A stretch of DNA of 63,882 bases, counting the filler. It is 16 parts of 16 records of this genome, joined end to end, with 100 filler letters (N's around TTAATTAATTAA, not from the genome) between each part and the next. Parts side by side here need not be neighbours in the genome. Positions count along the whole stretch, not along the records: positions 23,941 to 26,688 come from SRR11831580_4573; positions 26,789 to 29,510 come from SRR11831580_4574; positions 29,611 to 32,414 come from SRR11831580_4581; positions 32,515 to 34,774 come from SRR11831580_4583; positions 34,875 to 40,043 come from SRR11831580_4585; 11 more parts are not named here. One strand, given 5' to 3'. This document shows positions 25,237-35,848 of this stretch, piece after piece. A model generated the notes under the pieces. That model was not told where the DNA came from, did no database searches, and saw only the letters and a program-made list of their open reading frames with translations. A program made the translations under genes and the position numbers. Each line of letters begins with the position of its first letter. Position 1 is the first letter of the stretch.

Positions 25237-26196
25237 TTGTTTCCATTTCGTCGTAACGTTCTTGCATTTGCCGCTCTGTTGGCGCTCTCCTCCCCCGTAC
25301 TTGCTGGCAAACTTGCCATCGTCATTGATGATTTTGGGTATCGCCCGCACAACGAAAACCAGGTGCTGGCGATGCCTTCCGCTATCTCCGTCGCTGTATT
25401 ACCCGATTCACCGCACGCCAGAGAGATGGCGACCAAAGCGCATAACAGCGGGCACGAAGTGTTGATTCATCTCCCGATGGCACCGTTGAGTAAACAGCCG
25501 CTGGAGAAAAATACGCTACGCCCGGAGATGAGCAGCGACGAAATTGAGCGCATTATTCGTAGTGCGGTCAATAACGTGCCCTATGCCGTGGGGATCAACA
25601 ACCACATGGGCAGCAAGATGACCTCTAACCTGTTTGGTATGCAGAAAGTGATGCAGGCGCTGGAGCGTTACAATCTTTACTTCCTCGACAGCGTAACCAT
25701 CGGTAATACCCAGGCGATGCGCGCCGCGCAAGGCACTGGCGTGAAGGTGATCAAACGGAAGGTATTCCTCGACGATTCGCAAAATGAAGCGGACATCCGT
25801 GTGCAATTTAATCGCGCAATTGACCTGGCGCGTCGCAACGGTTCGACCATTGCCATTGGGCATCCTCACCCTGCAACGGTACGCGTGTTGCAACAGATGG
25901 TTTATAACCTGCCGCCAGACATTACGCTGGTGAAAGCCAGCAGCTTGCTGAATGAACCGCAGGTTGATACTTCTACACCGCCGAAAAACGCTGTGCCTGA
26001 TGCACCGCGTAATCCGTTCCGTGGCGTGAAGCTGTGCAAACCGAAGAAACCGATAGAACCTGTTTATGCTAATCGCTTCTTTGAAGTATTAAGCGAAAGC
26101 ATCAGCCAGAGCACGCTGATCGTTTACTTCCAGCATCAGTGGCAAGGCTGGGGCAAACAGCCCGAAGCGGCGAAGTTTAACGCTAGCGCAAATTAA
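25237..26196 (+). CDS. yibQ: Divergent polysaccharide deacetylase YibQ
   Basis: AIVIDDFG and NNHMGS motifs. Confidence 0.92.
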   Translation: MFPFRRNVLAFAALLALSSPVLAGKLAIVIDDFGYRPHNENQVLAMPSAISVAVLPDSPHAREMATKAHNSGHEVLIHLPMAPLSKQPLEKNTLRPEMSSDEIERIIRSAVNNVPYAVGINNHMGSKMTSNLFGMQKVMQALERYNLYFLDSVTIGNTQAMRAAQGTGVKVIKRKVFLDDSQNEADIRVQFNRAIDLARRNGSTIAIGHPHPATVRVLQQMVYNLPPDITLVKASSLLNEPQVDTSTPPKNAVPDAPRNPFRGVKLCKPKKPIEPVYANRFFEVLSESISQSTLIVYFQHQWQGWGKQPEAAKFNASAN

Positions 26197-26688
26197 AGGC
26201 GCTACGCGTAATGCGATGGTGCGACCGCGTTTTGTCGCGCCATTGCCATAAGCGGAAAGACCACAGTAACGCCTGGTAACCGACCTTCACGCTGCGCACA
26301 TTGGTAATCAGGCGCTTATACATACCGGAAGTAAATATCTCGGCAATCATCCGTTGGCGGGTAAGAATATCCGGCTCTTTGCGCACCGCATGGCAAACAC
26401 GCAATGCCTCGTAAGTTATTTGCTGATGAAATTCCGGATAAATCATAATTTTGTCGGCATAATTTCGATTTAATTTCTCCAGCAGGCGGGTAATCTTAAT
26501 ATAGTGACGTTGATAATTAAGGTTTTTATTCCCTTGTCTATGCAACCGACTCACTGACGTATTATGCAGATAATATTTATATAATGATTGCTCGGTATAT
26601 CGCGCACGCAGCGCGTTAAACATGAATTCTGTTGTCCAGACAATATCCTGATGATGTAATCCGGCAATAAATTTAATGTTATTTTTAA
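26183..26688 (-). CDS. waaH: LPS glucuronosyltransferase WaaH (YibD), 3' part
   Basis: GT2 C-terminus (HQDIVW); convergent with yibQ. Confidence 0.82.
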
Positions 26689-26788
26689 NNNNNNNNNNNN
26701 NNNNNNNNNNNNNNNNNNNNNNNNNNNNNNNNTTAATTAATTAANNNNNNNNNNNNNNNNNNNNNNNNNNNNNNNNNNNNNNNNNNNN

Positions 26789-26814
26789 ATAAGGCGTTCA
26801 CGCCGCATCCGGCA
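26789..26814. repeat. REP element (partial, at contig end)
   Basis: ATAAGGCGTTCACGCCGCATCCGGCA. Confidence 0.9.
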
Positions 26815-26836
26815 GTTGTGCACCAATGCTGGATAC

Positions 26837-28576
26837 TTACATCAACGCCCCCATAATCTTCAACTCCAGCTCATCCGGCACTTCGTTATACGACAGCACA
26901 TGCAGCCCCGGCGCAAACAACCTTGCATAACGCGCCAGCAAAGGGCGCAGCTGCGGTGGCACCAGCAGCACCGGGTCTTTCCCCGCCGCTTTCATCTGCT
27001 CTTTCACCTGTGGCATCGTACTCTGGAACTGGTTGAGCATATTCGGATCGACCGGCACGCTGTCGAGCATCACTTTCCCGCCCTGTTGCGCCTGATTCAC
27101 CACGTTGGTCAGCAGATTTTCCAGCTCATTATTCAGCGTATACACCGTCAGCTCCTGCTTGCGAACGAACGGATGGGTAATGCTGCGCCGCAATGCCAGG
27201 CGCACATCGGCCGCCAGCAGAATATGATCTTTCGTCACCGTGCTACTGGCGACCAGCACGGTGGCGATGGTGACGATATCGCGCAGGGAAACGCCTTCGG
27301 TCAGCAGCGCCCGGTACACTTTCAGCAACTGGCTGTAATTGAGCGCCGCGCTCAAATCTTCCGCCAGACGCGGTGCCGTCGACGATAAACGGTTATGCAA
27401 CTGCGTAATATCATCATAGTTAAACAAATCAGGAATATAGCTGCGCACAATCTTATTTACATGGGTAGCGATCACGCTGGCGCTGTCGATCACCTGATAC
27501 CCCATATTCAGCGCCTTCGCTTTCTGCGCCGCCTGGATCCAGGTGACCGGCATCCCGTACGCCGGGTCGTTCCCCTGCACGCCGTCAATCTCGCCGTAGG
27601 TTTCGCTGGAGGGCAGGGCCATCAGTTTATCCGCCGGAATATCCGCTTCATCAGCCTTTATGCCGTTGATGAAAATGGCGTACTGACTGGGCTTAAGGCG
27701 GAAGTTTTCCCGAATGCGGATCTCCGGCAGCAGCACGCCGTTGCCGTCAGAAATCACCTGCCGCACGCCGCGAATCCGCTGGGTGAGCGGGTTACCCTGT
27801 GCTTTGTCCACCAGCGCCACCAGTTTGTAACCGAGGCTTAAACTGATAGGCTCGATCAGCGGAATGGTTTCCCAACTGACCTGCTGCTCGCTGGTTTCGG
27901 TGATGGTGCGGGTCAGCGTTTCGAGGCTTTTCTCTTCCGCCTCCGCCGCCAGCGGCTGTTTGCTCATCCGCCAGCCGGTAAAACCAAGCAGGGCGCTGAA
28001 CAGCAAAAACGGCAGGTGCGGCATTCCCGGTACCACCGCCAGCACGAACATAATCCCGGTGGCGGTGTAGAGCACCGACGGGCTTGCCAGCAGCTGGTTA
28101 CGCACGTCATGGGCGATATCGCCGTTGTCGCTGACGCGGGTGACGATAATCGCCGCCGCGGTGGAGAGCAGCAGGGAAGGGATCTGCGCCACCAGGCCGT
28201 CGCCGATGGTCATCAGCACATACTGCTGGAAGGCAGCATCGGCGCTCAGGTTGTATTTGAAGATCCCGATACAGACGCCGCCGATCAGGTTGATCGCCAG
28301 AATCATCATCCCGGCGATGGCGTCCCCGCGCACAAACTTCGATGCCCCGTCCATCGCGCCGTAGAAATCGGCCTCGCTGGCAACATCTTTACGCCGGGTT
28401 TGCGCCTGCGCCTGGTTGATCAATCCGGCGTTAAGATCGGCGTCAATCGCCATCTGTTTGCCGGGCATCGCGTCTAAGGTAAAGCGGGCAGAAACCTCGG
28501 AAATACGCTCGGCCCCTTTGGTGACGACAATAAAGTTGATTGTCAACAGCGTCAGTAAATCCGAGCGTGAAAGCAT
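26837..28576 (-). pseudogene. lfhA: 5'-truncated lateral flagellar export gene lfhA (fhiA)
   Basis: FHIPEP motif RFTLDAMPGKQMAIDADL; N-terminal TMs missing. Confidence 0.9.
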
Positions 28577-29306
28577 TATCGCCGCGCTGCACGGGCAGTC
28601 GATTTTTAACGGTGGTGGGCTGTCGCCGTTAAATAAAATCAGCCCGTCTCATCCGCCAAAACCTGCCACCGTGGCGGTGCCGGAAGAGACGGAGAAAAAA
28701 GCGCGTGATGTGAATGAGAAAACGGCGCTGCTGAAGAAGAAATCCGCCACCGAGCTTGGTGAGCTGGCAACCAGTATCAACACCATTGCCCGTGATGCGC
28801 ATATGGAAGCGAATCTGGAGATGGAGATTGTTCCCCAGGGATTACGCGTGCTGATTAAAGACGACCAGAACCGCAATATGTTTGAACGCGGCAGCGCGAA
28901 GATTATGCCGTTCTTTAAAACGCTGCTGGTGGAGCTCGCGCCAGTGTTCGACTCGCTCGATAATAAAATTATTATTACCGGGCATACCGATGCGATGGCC
29001 TACAAAAACAATATCTACAACAACTGGAACCTTTCGGGTGACCGCGCGCTTTCGGCTCGTCGGGTGCTGGAAGAGGCCGGAATGCCGGAAGATAAAGTGA
29101 TGCAGGTAAGCGCAATGGCGGACCAGATGCTGCTGGATTCCAAAAATCCGCAAAGCGCGGGCAACCGGCGCATTGAGATTATGGTGCTGACCAAAAGTGC
29201 GTCCGATACGCTGTATCAATACTTTGGTCAGCATGGGGATAAAGTGGTGCAGCCGCTGGTGCAAAAGCTGGATAAGCAGCAGGTGCTTTCGCAGCGAACG
29301 CGTTAA
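28521..29306 (+). pseudogene. lafU: 5'-truncated lateral flagellar motor gene lafU (mbhA)
   Basis: MotB/OmpA-like motifs GHTD, NWNLSGDRA, NRRIEI; no N-terminal TM; start approximate. Confidence 0.87.
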
Positions 29307-29344
29307 ATGCTGAATCTTTACGCATTTCTCAAACCCTGAAATCA

Positions 29345-29360
29345 CTGTATACTTTACCAG
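29345..29360. promoter_or_regulatory. LexA (SOS) box of dinB
   Basis: CTGTATACTTTACCAG = CTG-N10-CAG. Confidence 0.9.
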
Positions 29361-29376
29361 TGTTGAGAGGTGAGCA

Positions 29377-29510
29377 ATGCGTAAAATCATTCATGTGGAT
29401 ATGGACTGCTTTTTCGCCGCAGTGGAGATGCGCGACAATCCCGCCCTGCGCGATATCCCTATTGCTATTGGCGGCAGCCGCGAACGTCGGGGGGTGATCA
29501 GCACCGCCAA
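29377..29510 (+). CDS. dinB: DNA polymerase IV, 5' part
   Basis: [17 protein letters not shown]. Confidence 0.96.
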
Positions 29511-29610
29511 NNNNNNNNNNNNNNNNNNNNNNNNNNNNNNNNNNNNNNNNNNNNTTAATTAATTAANNNNNNNNNNNNNNNNNNNNNNNNNNNNNNNNNN
29601 NNNNNNNNNN

Positions 29611-30612
29611 CTTCAAATAAATCTGCTTGGTAATGTCCGTAAAGTGGCGAATAGGGTTAATCCACGTCAGGTTTTGCAGCCATACCGGCATGTTTTCCAC
29701 CGGAGAAACGTAACCGGAAAGGAGAATGGCGGGCATCATAAAGACAAACACGCCGATAAACGCCTGCTGTTGTGTTGAACAGAGTGATGAAATCAACAGA
29801 CCGAATCCCACCAGCGATAAACCATAAATCACCATCGTAAAGTAGAACAGCGCCAGCGATCCGGCGAAGGGGATTTGATACGCCCAGATACCAATCGCCA
29901 GCACAATGGTGGCCTGGAAGGTGGCGACAATTAACGCCGGTACGGCTTTGCCGATGAAGATCTGCCAGGTGGTGAGCGGCGAAACCAGTAGCTGATCGAG
30001 CGTACCTTGTTCACGTTCGCGGGCGACGGAAAGTGAAGTGACGATCATTACGCCGATAGTGGTGATCATGGCGATCAGTGACGGCACCACAAACCATTTG
30101 TAGTCGAGATTCGGGTTATACCAGTTGCGTACCACCAGCTCGCTGTTGTTAGGTTTCGGTTTTCCTTCCAGCAGCTCCTGCTGATAATTTTTGACGATCT
30201 GTTGCAGGTAGTTGGCGGCAATTTGCGCACTGTTGGAGTTACGCCCGTCGAGGATCAACTGCAAAGGCGCGGTCTGGAAGGTATCCAGTTTGCGCGAGAA
30301 GTCAGCCGGGAAACGCACCAGTAGTAACGCCTTTTGTGTGTCGATGGTTGGGCGGATCTCCTGTGGGCTTTTCAGCAGCAGCACATGAGTAAAGGCGCTG
30401 GCGCGGGCAAAACGTTGGGTCAGCTCCACCGAATGCTCGCCGTTATCTTCATCGTAGATGGCGATGGTGGCGTTAGTCACTTCCAGCGTGGCGGCGAACG
30501 GGAACAGGATCACCTGAATTAGCACGGGTAAAATCAGAATCGCGCGGGTTTGCGGTTCGCGCAGCAACGACTGCAACTCTTTGCGGATTAACGTCCATAA
30601 GCGATGAAACAT
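29611..30612 (-). CDS. ybhR: ABC exporter permease YbhR, 3'-truncated
   Basis: ABC-2 permease motif AREREQGT. Confidence 0.92.
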
Positions 30613-30622
30613 GCTCTTCTCC

Positions 30623-31755
30623 CTAATCCAGCCGACGTTTGGTTTTCAGCCACGTCAGGCCGATAAACATCACCGCCGAAGCGATCAAAAACAGCACGTT
30701 TACCACCAGCACCACTGGAATATTCCCGGCGAGGAACAGGCTTTGCAGGGTGCTGACGAAATAACGAGCGGGAATAATGTACGTCACCGCGCGGATCACC
30801 GCGGGCATACTGTCGATCTGAAAAATAAAGCCGGAAAGCATAATCGACGGCAGAAAAGCGGCGTTCAGGGCGACCTGAGCGGCATTGAACTGGTTGCGGG
30901 TAATCGTGGAAATCAGCAGCCCCATCCCCAGGGTACTGAGTAAAAACAGGCTGGAGATAAAAAACAGAATCAGCAGCGACCCGCGATACGGCACGCCGAG
31001 AATAAACACTGACACCAGCATACACAGCAACATCGCCAGCATCCCGAGAAAGTAATAAGGGATCAGCTTACACAGCAGCAGTTCCGTGCGGGTAATCTCC
31101 GTAGAGAGCAGAGCCTCCATGGTGCCGCGTTCCCATTCTCGCGCCACCACCAGCGAGGTGAGAATCGCGCCGATGACCGTCATGATAATGGTCACCGCAC
31201 CGGGGATAATGAAGTGCTGGCTAATCGCCGCCGGGTTAAACCAGTAGCGGGTTTGTACATCAATAAGCGGTTCAAAAGTCTGCCCGTTGTCCTCCGCTCG
31301 CTGCATTTGCCAGATCTGCCAGATCCCTTCGACATACCCCTGTACAAAGTTAGCGGTATTCGGCTCACTGCCGTCGGTGATCACCTGAATCGGTGCGGTG
31401 GCGTTGGCGCGCTCCATCTGTTCCGCAAAATCCACCGGAATAACCACCAGACCGCGAATTTTCCCCGCCTGCATTTTGGCGATCAGTTCCTGACGGTTAT
31501 CGCTGATGGTGGCGTCGATGTAGGGCGAACCGGTCATGGTGTGGGTGAAATCCAGCGCCGCTTCGCTACGCTGTTCCAGTAAAATCCCGACCCGCAGCTT
31601 GCTGGAGTCGAGGTTAATGCCGTAACCAAAATAAACAGCAGTAGCAGCGGGATCACTACCGCAATCAGCCAGCTACTCGGATCGCGAACGATCTGCCGCG
31701 TCTCTTTAACGCACAGCGCCCGTACGCGACGCCAGGACAGGATCGGGTTACTCAT
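30623..31755 (-). CDS. ybhS: ABC exporter permease YbhS; apparent -1 frameshift
   Basis: Two ORFs rejoin by adding one base to the A4 run at 31628-31631 (LFIFGYG). Confidence 0.9.
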
Positions 31756-32414
31756 TGCTATGCTCCTTATCCCAGTCGTGGATCAACTGAATAAAGGCTT
31801 GCTCCATGGTGGGATCGGGTTGCTCATCGTTAGCCGACTGTGCTTTCAAATCGTCCGGCGTGCCGCTGGCGATTAATTTCCCGCGGTACACCAGGCCGAT
31901 GCGGTCGCAATATTCCGCTTCATCCATAAAGTGGGTGGTGACCATCACCGTGACGCCTTTCTCTACCATGCTGTTGATGTGCAGCCAAAATTCACGGCGG
32001 GTGAGGGGGTCAACGCCGGAAGTCGGTTCGTCGAGAAACAGAATGTCCGGTTCATGCATCAGCGAACAGGCCAGCGCCAGCCGCTGTTTAAAACCTAATG
32101 GCAGTTCATCGGTGGCGTGGGAGGCGATACTTTTCAGGCCGAACGCCTCGCTCATGCGGGAGATTTTTTCGTTCTGCGCCCGACCGCGTAAGCCATACAC
32201 ACCAGAGAAAAAGCGTAAATTCTGTTCGACCGTCAGGTTACCGTAGAGCGAAAATTTTTGCGCCATATAGCCGAGATGCTGGCGCGCTTTACCGGAACTC
32301 TCTTTCAGATCCATCCCCAGCACCAGCGCCTGGCCGGAAGTCGGCACCAGCAAACCGCACATCATCTTAAAGGTGGTCGATTTACCCGCGCCGTTTGGCC
32401 CCAGCAAACCAAAA
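31748..32414 (-). CDS. ybhF: ABC exporter ATPase YbhF, 3' part
   Basis: Walker A GPNGAGKS and Walker B LFLDEPT. Confidence 0.92.
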
Positions 32415-32514
32415 NNNNNNNNNNNNNNNNNNNNNNNNNNNNNNNNNNNNNNNNNNNNTTAATTAATTAANNNNNNNNNNNNNNNNNNNNNNNNNNNNNN
32501 NNNNNNNNNNNNNN

Positions 32515-32538
32515 GTGTGTGTGTGTGTGTGTGTGTGT
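32515..32538 (+). repeat. (GT)12 microsatellite, truncated at contig start
   Basis: Direct reading. Confidence 0.98.
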
Positions 32539-33430
32539 TTGTATTTGTTTGAAATTGTTGATTAGAGAGAATACACTGGAGCGTTGCGGCATATAAGGAC
32601 CATCTCTCTGCGCCATCAGCAAACCAAGCAACAGCGGGGACTCAACCAAGATCAAATCAAAGAGTGAGAGGGAGTTGTGTGTGTAATGAATATCTACTGG
32701 GGGCAGCGTGCCGTGCCGCCACTGTCCTTGCCATACTATTTATGCTCAGCACCCAGCACAGCTCAGCCTTTCGGAACGTTAACCAGCTCCCAGACCTAAA
32801 CACACCTTCTCATAAAGAGCATACTGCACACTATTCTTTCACCTTGTGACAGCATCATCAGACGCCATACACACAAGGCTCCATACTAACATAAAGAGAG
32901 GTGTTCTTGTGCATATTCGGATAAACAATGCGACGACTAGCGGGCGTGAAAACGCTTTCGTGCCAGCAGGCAATGTCTGATTGCTGTGTACTAAATGAGC
33001 GCAACATCACTCAGCGGCCGTCGTATAACATGAAGCTGCTGTGTGCTCTCTCCATCACACCTTACTCAACACATGGACTCACGGAGACACCGGAATTACA
33101 TTGACAATTTGGCAAGCGACATCGCGTTCGCACACCGTATGACAGCTCTAGATTCAAATCGTTTACTATTGCCAAAGAAAAAGTCTACTGCCATGCAAAA
33201 ACAAACAACCCGATGTCATTCACCCACAAGAGAGTCGATGTCAATAACCCGCTATCGCCGATGGCGAATCCCGGTTCGTGCCGTCTGTTCATCGGATATC
33301 GCCGCCCATAGCCGATGCATGCCGGAACAGACGGTCGGTATTGCACTGTCTCGCTTGGTTGCGGATGGCTTCGCACACAATTCCCGCACGCACGAACCAA
33401 TCATTGAGACGTGGTGCTGAGAAGTGAGAT

Positions 33431-34197
33431 ATGGAGCCGGAGGGAGAAGGTGGTATGATCAAATGCCCCGCTTGCGGAGAAGACATCGCCAAAGGCGGCA
33501 GGGGCATACAGCAGCACCTGAAATTGAAAGAAGAGAATTCCAACTGCCCCGGGCTTACCGCAGAGATGCGACAGGCCCTGTTAGCGTTGCACAAAACCTG
33601 CCCTGCTCGGCCCAATTTTGCAGATTGTGTGGTATCCTACGCGGTACGGCTCTGCTATACTATCCGTCATTCCCAACATGTACGAACGGTGAGACATTCT
33701 CTTACGCATTCTTGTAGCGAGACAAACAGTGCATGCATCATCAACATAAAAACATGCCAGACTCGCCAGACTTTCCACATATTTCACCACTGAAACAAAA
33801 AGCACAAGGTATTGCCAAAGCGCGACTGGGAGCCGGAGTGGATCTCAATCCGGATCTCGCCGATGAGCCTGTGCCCGGCCGATTCACGCTGTGCACGGAG
33901 CGTGCTCACATTGTGCAGGACGACTTGAAAACATTTTTCTTGTCGCTTGACGCGGACAACCAGGAGAAAATGCGTCAGCTAATCCGTGAGTTTGTTGCCA
34001 TTCACCAACGCCATTTTGTCGACCGCGGGACGCGTGGCTACAATGAATTGATGCACATGATGGAAACCATGGCCGTATTCACAATGCTCATGCACATGGA
34101 GAACTACACCGTGCCCACCGGCGAGATGGATCTCGCACGAGTGTTCGATCAGGCGATGAACCTCAAGAAGGAAGATGCTCCGGGGCCGAGCGAGTGA
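33431..34197 (+). CDS. Predicted two-exon gene (33431-33643 + 33718-34197), 230 aa, N-terminal Cys/His zinc-finger-like region
   Basis: ATG in gatATGG context just after an in-frame TGA; phase-0 GT...AG intron 33644-33717 fuses ORFs 33431 and 33733; CPACG...QQHL motif. Confidence 0.55.
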
Positions 34198-34744
34198 AAC
34201 CCCAAAGAAGGACTTCACATGCTGTGTCTGAGTAAGTGTAGTGAGCGAGTTGAGATGAGTTGAAAAGAAAAGATCATCGTTGTTACTTTGTCAGTTTTCA
34301 AGTGTCATCTCATCCGGCCTCTACAACGCACAAGTCACATCAAAGACCAGCCGCTGTTTATAACGCAACAGTGCGAACACACACTAACACACAAACACTC
34401 TCATACTCCACACACACGGCGCAACGCTAACCAACTACTGTGTGTGTGCGGGTTTCTGTTGTGTGAGCTGCATCACAAAAGCCAGAATTTGACTGGGTAA
34501 CTGCGCTAGCTTGGCCAGAAAGGCTTTGCTGAGATCCGCTAAGATCTGTACACCACACATATAGAAATGAGTATCCACACAGCATACATCTGTTGAGTAT
34601 CCACAAGACACACATATACACAACATTCATACACAATGAGGGAGAGAGAGAAACAGACACCCGGGGGCAACACACACAGTACAAAGGAGACACAGAATAA
34701 ATTGAGAATACAACGAAGGATGTTGCGCGCACACATACGCAGGA

Positions 34745-34774
34745 ACACACACACACACCCACACACCCACACAC
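34745..34774 (+). repeat. Imperfect (CA)n microsatellite at contig end
   Basis: ACACACACACACACCCACACACCCACACAC. Confidence 0.95.
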
Positions 34775-34874
34775 NNNNNNNNNNNNNNNNNNNNNNNNNN
34801 NNNNNNNNNNNNNNNNNNTTAATTAATTAANNNNNNNNNNNNNNNNNNNNNNNNNNNNNNNNNNNNNNNNNNNN

Positions 34875-35409
34875 TTAACTCCAGCAGCGCCATACGTCGG
34901 TGCTGCATGATTTCATCATCAGGCATGACGGTGACATCAATCAGCGGAAATGCGGAGGCATAAAGCTGCCTTGCCAGTTTGGGATCGGCGAAACAATCCA
35001 GCCAACACAGCGAATAGGGATAGGGGCTTTCAATACCGTGGTAAAACAACAATGGCACCACCATCGGCAACGTTTTGTATCCAGCATCAAGGTGATTTTG
35101 CATTGCGGCAATAGCGTAACGCATCATGCGAAATGCGATCAGTTTGTTTGAGGTGCTTTGATGTTCAATCAGACAATAGATGTATCCTGGTCCTTGTTCC
35201 GTTTTCACCGACCACAGCACATCGGAATAGCTTTCACGCAGATCGTCATCAATAAAGCTGCTCGACTCCAGCTTGAGGGTTTTCATATCACAAAGCGCGT
35301 GAATGGGTGCCGGTAAATGAAACGCAAGAAAATCACGAGCCGTGTCCGGTTGGCGTAAAAAGAGTTTGAACAGCGCATCGTGTGGGGTGGAACTCTGCTT
35401 TTTGCTCAT
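34875..35409 (-). CDS. rpnA: Recombination-promoting nuclease RpnA (YhgA), 5' part
   Basis: [15 protein letters not shown] and IEHQS motifs (Transposase_31 / PD-(D/E)XK). Confidence 0.92.
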
Positions 35410-35611
35410 GGCGTTCCTTCACCTGTTGTTTGAATGCCGCGACTCTACGCGCCACTCCACACCTGTGTATTAGCGAGTTTTCATCCCTGCGAGATGCTTT
35501 CAAAGGAACTTACGCCGTGCTGCAAGAGTTGCATTTTTATGGAAAGCCGCACGCAAAAAAGCCCGGATGCAGACGCATACCGGGCTTTCCAAAACAGGCG
35601 ATGGAGTAAGG

Positions 35612-35848
35612 TTAACGCAGCGCCCACCACTCGCGCAGACAGGCTTTTCCTTCCGGGCAGCTTTTACAACTGCCAGAGAGGCAGCCGTCAGGTTCTTCCT
35701 GAATCCGCACGGCTTTGCCCATACTTTCCAGTTGTTGCAGCATGGCGTTAATCATTGGCTGTGGAGTGTTCAATGTCTGGCTTATCTGGGCCGCTTCCAT
35801 ACGGCCCCGTAACGCCAGCAAATCGCGCACCTGAATAAGTGAAGCCAT
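35612..35848 (-). CDS. feoC: FeoC
   Basis: MASLIQVRD start; [15 protein letters not shown] Cys cluster. Confidence 0.94.
   Translation of the reverse strand: MASLIQVRDLLALRGRMEAAQISQTLNTPQPMINAMLQQLESMGKAVRIQEEPDGCLSGSCKSCPEGKACLREWWALR

Larger units (their letters stand above)
32515..34774. other. Non-E. coli, eukaryote-like contig
   Basis: Microsatellites at both ends, CA-rich non-coding tracts, low coding density, splice-like signals, no recognisable bacterial gene. Confidence 0.85.

Noticed and set aside
28416-29306. 296-aa ORF as an intact MotB-like protein
   Set aside because: Its N-terminus is antisense lfhA sequence read across the deletion junction, and it has no TM anchor.
33043-33420. 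125-aa ORF and other short ORFs in the foreign contig, including C/V- and H/T-rich ones at 34288-34830
   Set aside because: No motifs; their composition follows from translating CA/GT repeats or overlapping frames.
34745-34774. C1-3A-like tract as a telomere, making the foreign contig a nanochromosome
   Set aside because: Polarity is wrong. Telomeres have the G-rich strand running toward the 3' end, but here the 3' ends are CA-rich.
32515-34774. Eukaryote-to-E. coli gene transfer, or a prophage/IS between ybhF and rpnA
   Set aside because: Both sides are artificial spacers; there is no junction, integrase, transposase or target-site duplication.
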